Part shown: positions 58,201-64,000 of the stretch, piece by piece | How the letters are laid out: every line of letters starts with the position of its first letter | Numbering within the stretch: position 1 is the first letter of the stretch | From: Myxococcales bacterium | Lineage (GTDB): Bacteria > Myxococcota_A > Polyangia > Polyangiales > DASUME01 | DNA: 64,000 bases | NCBI GenBank assembly: GCA_047601445.1 | Contig: JASGJH010000001.1 | Coordinates: 544,001-608,000, forward strand | Direction: 5' to 3' | Made by a program: the position numbers and the translations under genes | Notes under the pieces: generated by a model | What the model saw: only the letters and a program-made list of their open reading frames with translations | The model's database searches: none | What the model was told of the DNA's origin: nothing

Positions 58201-59943
58201 ATGCGTCGAACCACGAGGATCCGAGTGCCGTGGGGGATGATCGCGGGCGTGTGGCTCGCTGCGTGCTCGGGATCCCACGACGATGAGCTCGGCAATGACG
58301 GCACCAGCATGGACGGCTCCATCGCGGGCGACGGAGCCGCAGGGGATCCTCCCAGCGACGCTGCGCTCGGTCACGATGCCGCCAGCGACGGGGACAGTTC
58401 TGGGGACGGTGACGGCGGGCGCGGGCAGGGCGATGGCGATGCAGGTTCGTCCGACGCAGGGGGCGACGCTTCCAGCGAGATCCCACGCAATAAGATTGTG
58501 TGGGTCAACGCGAGCAGCGGCAGCGACGGCAATGCCGGTACCAGCGAGGCGCCCTTCAAGACCGTGGCTTACGCGTTTTCTCAAGTAGGCGAGCACGGCC
58601 TCGTGTGGCTGCAACCGAGCGCCTTTACCAACGCCAACGAGGGTTTTCAGGGTACGGAAATCTATGACGGCGTGCACGCGCCGCTCGACACCTTCGTGCG
58701 CGGCACCGGCCCAGGCGTGACCGTCGGCATCACGCTCAACTATGCGCAGGGCGGCAGCCTCGAGGACGTGGCCGTGGAGCTGGCGGAAACCGGGCGTGTG
58801 TTGGTGACAGGGGGCGCGCTGCGCTTGCTCGGCGTGAGCTTTCAGCGCTCGGCCACCAGCGGTGTGCTCGACCCCATCGAGGTGAGCGGCGACGCCAAGG
58901 TAACCTTGGAGCCAGGCAACGATCCGAACCACGACTACATCGGCCCGGGTGCCGCGCCGGTCGGCACCTTCGCGATGTTGCGCGACGCCTCCGAGTTCGC
59001 TGTGAAAGGCGGCGTCATCGACGGCTTCAGCGGTCGCGCGTTCTACCTCGACGGCACGGCTCGACTCACGCTGCAGAACGTCGCGATCACGGACAACGCC
59101 AACATGTTGGTCAGCAACGAGGGCGTGCTCTCCCTCAACAGCAAGGCCAGCCACATCTTGCTCGAAGACACCACCCTCGACATGCAGAACCACGGCGGCG
59201 CGGCCTGCATCATCCAGGACGACCAGGTGTTCGACGCGGATCCCACCACCACGACGATCACGGTGCGACGCTCCAAGCTCAAGGGCTGCTGGGGCGGCGG
59301 CATGCAGCTGCGGGAGGGTGACCCCGTGGTCGTGGTGGAAGACAGCGAGTTCAGCCAGTCCACCGGGCGCTACGGCATCGAGAGCGGACAAATTGGCTTC
59401 GATAGCGGGCAAGTCTTCGGGAAACCCAAGCTCACTGTCACGGGCTCCACCTTCAGCAACAACTACATGGGCGGCATCGCCATGCGCTCGGGGGGCTCGC
59501 TCTCCCTCAGCGGAGGCACGGTGACGGCCAACGGTCGCACGGGGTTCCCCGGCGACGCCGGCGTGCTCCTCACGGGCGGCTTTCCTTATGCGCTGGCGAT
59601 GCGCGGCGTGAGCGTCACCAACAATTTCATGTCGGGTGTCTCCGTGTCCGGCGATGGAAGCGCGAGCTTCGACTTGGGGACCCTGGCCAGTCCGGGGAAC
59701 AACGTGCTCACCGGCAATGCCACCCAGCAATTGCGGCTCGAGACCGCGGCCGACTCCGTGGTGCCAGCCATCGGCAATACCTGGACCGCGAGCCAGCAAG
59801 GGGCGGGCGCGGACGGCCGCTACGCTGTGTCGAGTGCCCACTGCGGGAACGCGAATCCGTGTCAGTTCACGAGCGGCACCGGCATCAACTACGCGTTCGT
59901 CGGCGCCGGGACCAACGCTCGCGTGCAGCTCGCCGCCCAGTGA
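58201..59943 (+). CDS. Lipoprotein with DUF1565-like motif and parallel beta-helix
   Basis: LAAC lipobox, Gly/Asp linker, VWVNASSGSDGNAGTSEAPFKTV, N/G-rich beta-helix repeats, DLGTLASPGNN. Confidence 0.8.
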   Translation: MRRTTRIRVPWGMIAGVWLAACSGSHDDELGNDGTSMDGSIAGDGAAGDPPSDAALGHDAASDGDSSGDGDGGRGQGDGDAGSSDAGGDASSEIPRNKIVWVNASSGSDGNAGTSEAPFKTVAYAFSQVGEHGLVWLQPSAFTNANEGFQGTEIYDGVHAPLDTFVRGTGPGVTVGITLNYAQGGSLEDVAVELAETGRVLVTGGALRLLGVSFQRSATSGVLDPIEVSGDAKVTLEPGNDPNHDYIGPGAAPVGTFAMLRDASEFAVKGGVIDGFSGRAFYLDGTARLTLQNVAITDNANMLVSNEGVLSLNSKASHILLEDTTLDMQNHGGAACIIQDDQVFDADPTTTTITVRRSKLKGCWGGGMQLREGDPVVVVEDSEFSQSTGRYGIESGQIGFDSGQVFGKPKLTVTGSTFSNNYMGGIAMRSGGSLSLSGGTVTANGRTGFPGDAGVLLTGGFPYALAMRGVSVTNNFMSGVSVSGDGSASFDLGTLASPGNNVLTGNATQQLRLETAADSVVPAIGNTWTASQQGAGADGRYAVSSAHCGNANPCQFTSGTGINYAFVGAGTNARVQLAAQ

Positions 59944-59977
59944 GGCGGGGCGCCCGCGCGGGCGCTAGACTAGGCCC

Positions 59978-60688
59978 ATGAAGCCTGCCTCGAGCACCCG
60001 TCTACTCCTGGTACGTCATGGCGCGACGCAGCTCACCGCGGAAGACCGCTTCTCCGGTTCCGTCGGGGTCGAACTCTCGGACGAAGGACGCTTTCAAGCG
60101 CGCAAGCTGGCCGAGCGTCTCGAGTCGGAGGCCATCAGCGCGGTGTATGCGAGCCCATTGAGCCGCACCCTGGAGACCGCGAGCATCCTCGCGGCATCAC
60201 ACAAGCTCGAGGTGCAACCGCGGGACGGGCTGCGCGAGATCAGCCACGGGCACTGGGAGGGCCTGACTCGGCGCGAAGTCGAGCAACGGTTTCCACTGGA
60301 GTACGCGGCCTGGGACGAAGACCCCTTCACCTTTGCGCCGCGGGAGGGCGAGTCGGGCGTGAGCGTGCTTTCGCGGGCCTTGCCGGTGATCCGCGAGATC
60401 GTGCTCGCCCATGTCGGTGAGACCGTGCTCGTCGTCTCTCACAAGGCGACGTTGCGTATCCTCCTCTCGAGCCTGCTCGGGTTCGACGTGCGGGGCTATC
60501 GTGATCGCCTCGACCAGTCTCCGGCCTGCCTGAACGTGATGGACTTCCGCGACGCAGTGCGCGCCCGCCTGATGTTGTTCAACGACATCTCGCATTACCA
60601 GGAGCAGCCGCGGCGGCCCACGCAGAACCTCTCCAGTTGGTGGGACGAACCCCCCGGCAAGGGCGCTTCAACGCCGCCCCGCGAATAG
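59978..60688 (+). CDS. Histidine phosphatase (PGM family)
   Basis: LVRHG, SPLSR, LREISHGHWEG, GES, VVSH, FNDISH. Confidence 0.92.
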   Translation: MKPASSTRLLLVRHGATQLTAEDRFSGSVGVELSDEGRFQARKLAERLESEAISAVYASPLSRTLETASILAASHKLEVQPRDGLREISHGHWEGLTRREVEQRFPLEYAAWDEDPFTFAPREGESGVSVLSRALPVIREIVLAHVGETVLVVSHKATLRILLSSLLGFDVRGYRDRLDQSPACLNVMDFRDAVRARLMLFNDISHYQEQPRRPTQNLSSWWDEPPGKGASTPPRE

Positions 60689-61582
60689 CCTCAGTAGTTG
60701 CTCGACCACCACGCGCACCCGCGGAGACCCGCGTTTGCCGGGGGCGATCAGCAACTGGATCGGCGGCCCCTCGGCCGCGAAGGGCGTGAGTAGCTCGAGC
60801 AACTCGCCGCGCCCCAGCGGGCCAGCCACGGCGTAGTCGTGGGCTTGAACGATGCCCACCCCCGCGATCGCAGCCTCGATCAGCGCTTCACCGTGGTCGA
60901 CGATGAGCTTGCTGGGCTGCGCGCGGCTTGCCTCGCTCACGGACCAATTCGCGAATGTGAAAGGTTGAGCCTTACCGTTGGGCAAGAGGAAGGCCAGGCA
61001 TTCGTGCTGGGCCAGCTGGGCAGGGCTCTCTGGTTTGCCTCGACGCGCGATGTAGGCGGGCGAGGCCACCGTCTTCCAGGTGATGTCCGCAAGCTTGCGC
61101 TGCGTCGTGCTCGCGTGCGGAGTGCCGTGGCCGATGCGGATGGCCAGGTCCACGCGCTCGTCCGAGAGGCGCACCAGGCGGTCGGTGAGATTGGCCCGCA
61201 GCGTGAGCTGGGGGTAGCGATCGAGCATCGGCGTGAGCGCGGGCAGCACGAGTGAGCGCCCCAGCATCAACGGCAGAGACAGCGTGACCAGGCCGCGCGG
61301 TATGCGCTGCGCCTCGCTCAGGCGCTCGCGGGCAGCCTGCACGTTGATCACCGCATCTTGGCAGCTGCGCAGGAAGGCCGCGCCCTCTTCGGTGAGCGCC
61401 ACGCTGCGCGAGCTGCGGTCGAGCAAGCGCGTGCCGAGCTCGGCCTCCAGGCGGCTGATGGCCTTGCTCACGCCCGACGGGGTGAGCCCCAGACGCTCGG
61501 CGGCCTGGCGAAAGCTGCGCGTCTCCGCAGTGACCACGAAGGGCACCACGCCCACGAAGAGGTCGTTCTCCGGTTGGGCCAA
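60668..61582 (-). CDS. LysR-family regulator (CrgA-like)
   Basis: SFRQAAERLGLTPSGVSKAISRLEAELGTRLLDRSSR, DLAIRIG, ASPAY; TTG start 1 nt after the upstream stop. Confidence 0.9.
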   Translation of the reverse strand: MAQPENDLFVGVVPFVVTAETRSFRQAAERLGLTPSGVSKAISRLEAELGTRLLDRSSRSVALTEEGAAFLRSCQDAVINVQAARERLSEAQRIPRGLVTLSLPLMLGRSLVLPALTPMLDRYPQLTLRANLTDRLVRLSDERVDLAIRIGHGTPHASTTQRKLADITWKTVASPAYIARRGKPESPAQLAQHECLAFLLPNGKAQPFTFANWSVSEASRAQPSKLIVDHGEALIEAAIAGVGIVQAHDYAVAGPLGRGELLELLTPFAAEGPPIQLLIAPGKRGSPRVRVVVEQLLRLFAGRR

Positions 61583-61583
61583 C

Positions 61584-62231
61584 TCAGCGCACCACCTTGA
61601 AGCCGAAGTCGAGCGTCTTGAGGGAGCCCCACAGCTTGAGCCAGATGGGCATCATGGCCTCGGTGGCGCGCGCCGCGCTGATGTCGCCGAGGTCGACCAC
61701 GTCGCGCCAGCCGAACCAGGTCTTGAGGAGCTCGGCCGTCTGTGCCTTGGCGGCAGCATCGTTGCCGCACATGAACATGGTGATCTCACCGGGCACGCGG
61801 GCGGGGGCGACCATCACGGAGCAGTTCACCGTGTTGAGGGTCTTCACCACGCGCAGCTCGGGAAAAGCGGCCTGCAGGCGCTCGCCAAGGGAGTCCTCGA
61901 GTCCGAAAGCCAGGCGCGGGCCCTTGCCCGGCACCATCTCGAGCGGATTGGAGACGTCGATCAGGAGCTTGCGCCCGAGGTTCGCTGCGCCTGCCAACCC
62001 GAGCACCTCGACCGAGGCGGTGCCGTGCGTGCAGTTGAACAGGATCTCTCCGAAGCTCGCGGCGTCGGCAAAGGTGCCATGGGACGCCTGCTTGCCGTTC
62101 TTCTCGGCCCAGGCCGCGGCCTTGGCGTTGTTGGCGGTGCGCGAGCCCAGCTTGACCTCGTGACCAAGAGTCACGAATTTGCTGCCCAGGGTCTCGCCCA
62201 CCATGCCCGTGCCCAGAATGCCAATCTTCAT
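61584..62231 (-). CDS. NADPH-dependent F420 reductase-like dinucleotide-binding oxidoreductase
   Basis: MKIGILGTGMVG, IDVSNP, SLGERLQ, VVKTLNTV, CGNDAAAK, DLGDI. Confidence 0.88.
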   Translation of the reverse strand: MKIGILGTGMVGETLGSKFVTLGHEVKLGSRTANNAKAAAWAEKNGKQASHGTFADAASFGEILFNCTHGTASVEVLGLAGAANLGRKLLIDVSNPLEMVPGKGPRLAFGLEDSLGERLQAAFPELRVVKTLNTVNCSVMVAPARVPGEITMFMCGNDAAAKAQTAELLKTWFGWRDVVDLGDISAARATEAMMPIWLKLWGSLKTLDFGFKVVR

Positions 62232-62291
62232 GTTTGCCTCCTCCTGGCGGTAGATCTAGATCGTCCGGGCGAAGGAGCCAGCCCTCTCGCG

Positions 62292-62308
62292 GTCACTTCA
62301 AAGATGAC
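62292..62308. promoter_or_regulatory. Palindrome upstream of the oxidoreductase-LysR pair
   Basis: GTCA-N9-TGAC about 60-75 nt upstream of the start; could be a LysR site. Confidence 0.3.
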
Positions 62309-62359
62309 TGGGAGTCACCGATCGCCGGACGCGCGCTCCTGGCGGCCGCGGGACAAGGC

Positions 62360-62869
62360 TCAGAATTGCCAGCGCAGCGATAGGCTACCCCGGCCGGCAC
62401 CGGCGTCGACGCCGAAGGCCGTCGGGAGCAGCTCCTGACGTGCCCGCTGCCGTGCCCGCCGCAGGCGAAATGCGCCGTGGGTGATGAGCCCGACGCCCAC
62501 GAGGCCTACCGCGAGGCCGCTCCAAATGCTGGCCCGACGGGCCTGCTCGCGCTGCTGCTCGCGCCTGCGTTCGCAGTCCTCGTCTGGCGGATGGGTGCCG
62601 ATGAAGTCGAAGCTACAGCCGAGCATGGGCGGACCCTTGAAAAGGAAGACCACGAGTGAAACTGGCACGCTCGCCAGGGTGATCAGCGAGCCGCCGACCA
62701 CCTCGAGCGCGGGTCCCGTTTGCCCCGAGCGACTGCCGGACTCCAGGCTGGGTTGCGGGAGAGACCCGGGGCCCGTGTATTGCTGAGCCTGGGCTGCGCT
62801 CGTGGTGAGCAGGCAGCTGCAAAGGCCGAGCATCCACTGCAGCGCGGCAAGTCTCCGACGCACGTGCAT
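62360..62869 (-). CDS. Small exported membrane protein (paralog of neighbour)
   Basis: Start MHVRRR; signal AQA|Q; two TMs around a Cys-Cys loop; ends SLSLRWQF. Confidence 0.72.
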   Translation of the reverse strand: MHVRRRLAALQWMLGLCSCLLTTSAAQAQQYTGPGSLPQPSLESGSRSGQTGPALEVVGGSLITLASVPVSLVVFLFKGPPMLGCSFDFIGTHPPDEDCERRREQQREQARRASIWSGLAVGLVGVGLITHGAFRLRRARQRARQELLPTAFGVDAGAGRGSLSLRWQF

Positions 62870-62907
62870 GGCCGCGAGGGTAACCCGGAACCGCGGACTT
62901 CTAGCCG

Positions 62908-63444
62908 TCAAAAGCGCCAGCCCACGGAGGCGCTCGTTTGCACAGGAGACGGTGTGAAGTTCCACACGCTGGGCTGCAGCGCCGCGAGTCTGCGCGCGCG
63001 CTTTCGATGCTTGAGCCGGATGGCGCCGTGGATGGTGAGGACGGTTCCGACGGCTGCGATGGCGCCCCCGATGCCGGCTCCCCAGTGCGTGGCTTCGCGA
63101 GTCTGAGCGCGGGCTTCACGCTCGCAGCGTTCTTCTTCTTCAGGATCGCTGGGTGTGTTGTCGAACAGGCCGAGGTCACCACATGCAAACAGCGATGGGC
63201 CCATATAGAACGCAGTCAAAAAGCCCACCGCTATGCTGGCATGGATCAGGGCGGCGCCCGTCACGAGTTCGAAGCGCGGGCCCGCCAGCGAGGGTGGCTG
63301 AGCGCGCTCTGGGGAGGCGTTGGCCCTCGGTGCCTCGAGCGCTTGCGCGGACACGTCGGCCGTGAGGAACGTGAGGCCGAGTCCCAGCATGCAAGCGAGG
63401 ATGCGCCACGGCGACGCGGAGGGGCGTGTGTTGGCAGCGAACAA
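62908..63444 (-). CDS. Small exported membrane protein (paralog of neighbour)
   Basis: TTG start after GAGGT; signal VSA|Q; same GP..E..G / GP...C / C.R / HGA.RL pattern; ends ASVGWRF. Confidence 0.72.
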   Translation of the reverse strand: MFAANTRPSASPWRILACMLGLGLTFLTADVSAQALEAPRANASPERAQPPSLAGPRFELVTGAALIHASIAVGFLTAFYMGPSLFACGDLGLFDNTPSDPEEEERCEREARAQTREATHWGAGIGGAIAAVGTVLTIHGAIRLKHRKRARRLAALQPSVWNFTPSPVQTSASVGWRF

Positions 63445-63630
63445 GGGGCACCTCGCTGGAGAGCACTAGGCGATGACGCAGCGACTCCTTGCAAGGTCGA
63501 GGCCAGACGTTGAGCCTTCGTTTGAAGTACGATTTGGTCGTTTGCCTCACGGCCGATGCCCGAGAGGTGTGAACTTCCGGCTTCACCCCGAGACTGTGCC
63601 GTCGTGCTTTGTTCACGCGCGTGGGATCGA

Positions 63631-64000
63631 TTACCAGCCGAGCAAACGTCGCATGTCCTCACTGACGGCGGTCTCGGGTTCGAGGGCCAGGTAGCGCTCT
63701 GCTGCGCGACGGGCTTCGTCCATGCGGCGCAAGGCGAGCAGCGAATGCACTCGCAGGCGGCTCGCGCGCTCGCGCAGGGGGCTGGCGTAGGCATCGAGCT
63801 CGAAGCGGTCGAGCAAGACCAGCGTGCGCAAAGGGTCACGCAGGCCCTCGAAGCACAGCGCGGCGGCGGCGTATGCAAGTGGTGGACGCTGGCGTGGCTC
63901 GGCCAACTGAGCTGCCCGCTCGTAGGAGATCACGGCCGTGTTGAACCTGCCCAGAGCGCGCAGCGCATGGGCTTCCAGCTCGCGCCATTCCAGCTCGGGC
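63631..64000 (-). CDS. C-terminal part of a TPR protein (possibly FecR/TPR anti-sigma type); runs off the right edge
   Basis: Frame open to the window end: PELEWRELEAHALRALGRFNTAVISYERAA...SPLRERA...ARRAAERYLALEP. Confidence 0.7.
   Translation of the reverse strand, partial: PELEWRELEAHALRALGRFNTAVISYERAAQLAEPRQRPPLAYAAAALCFEGLRDPLRTLVLLDRFELDAYASPLRERASRLRVHSLLALRRMDEARRAAERYLALEPETAVSEDMRRLLGW

Noticed and set aside
63480..63620. c-di-GMP-I riboswitch suggested by GGCAAA on the minus strand
   Set aside because: No GNRA-capped P2 or GACGCAAAG junction follows; only generic hairpins.

Overview
High-GC bacterial chromosomal segment. It is most likely from a myxobacterium (Polyangiales-like), inferred from the Cys-rich lipoproteins, PEGA/TPR and AgmX/PglI-type proteins and gene style. 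It holds about 56 genes, mostly housekeeping: sdhCAB, a KamA-type radical SAM enzyme, GTP-dependent PEPCK, tyrA, glpK, smc, arfB, a GCS2 ligase, an HlyD/ABC-2 exporter with TetR, a GH18-deacetylase-GT2 fusion, an ECF sigma/anti-sigma pair, thiS-thiG-thiE, mlaEF, folB-cupin/SDR and cysD-cysNC. It also has two orphan adenine methyltransferases and many secreted Cys-rich or membrane proteins of unknown function. I recognised no rRNA, tRNA, CRISPR array, integrase or transposase. Most notable: (1) a full-length, uninterrupted PurL paralog that has lost all recognisable catalytic motifs but keeps the C-terminal structural ADP-site motifs, at the end of the thiamine gene run; (2) two further apparent pseudo-enzyme domains; (3) an NrdR-box-like palindrome upstream of smc; (4) a recurring TANNNT 6-8 nt before start codons, suggesting leaderless mRNAs; (5) candidate structured leaders upstream of pckG and the polysaccharide synthase; (6) a shared C-terminal 'TM hairpin + Cys loop + terminal beta-strand' module in three proteins. 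Four apparent 1-nt frameshifts suggest imperfect sequence quality. All family assignments come from reading motifs by eye; no database searches were run.
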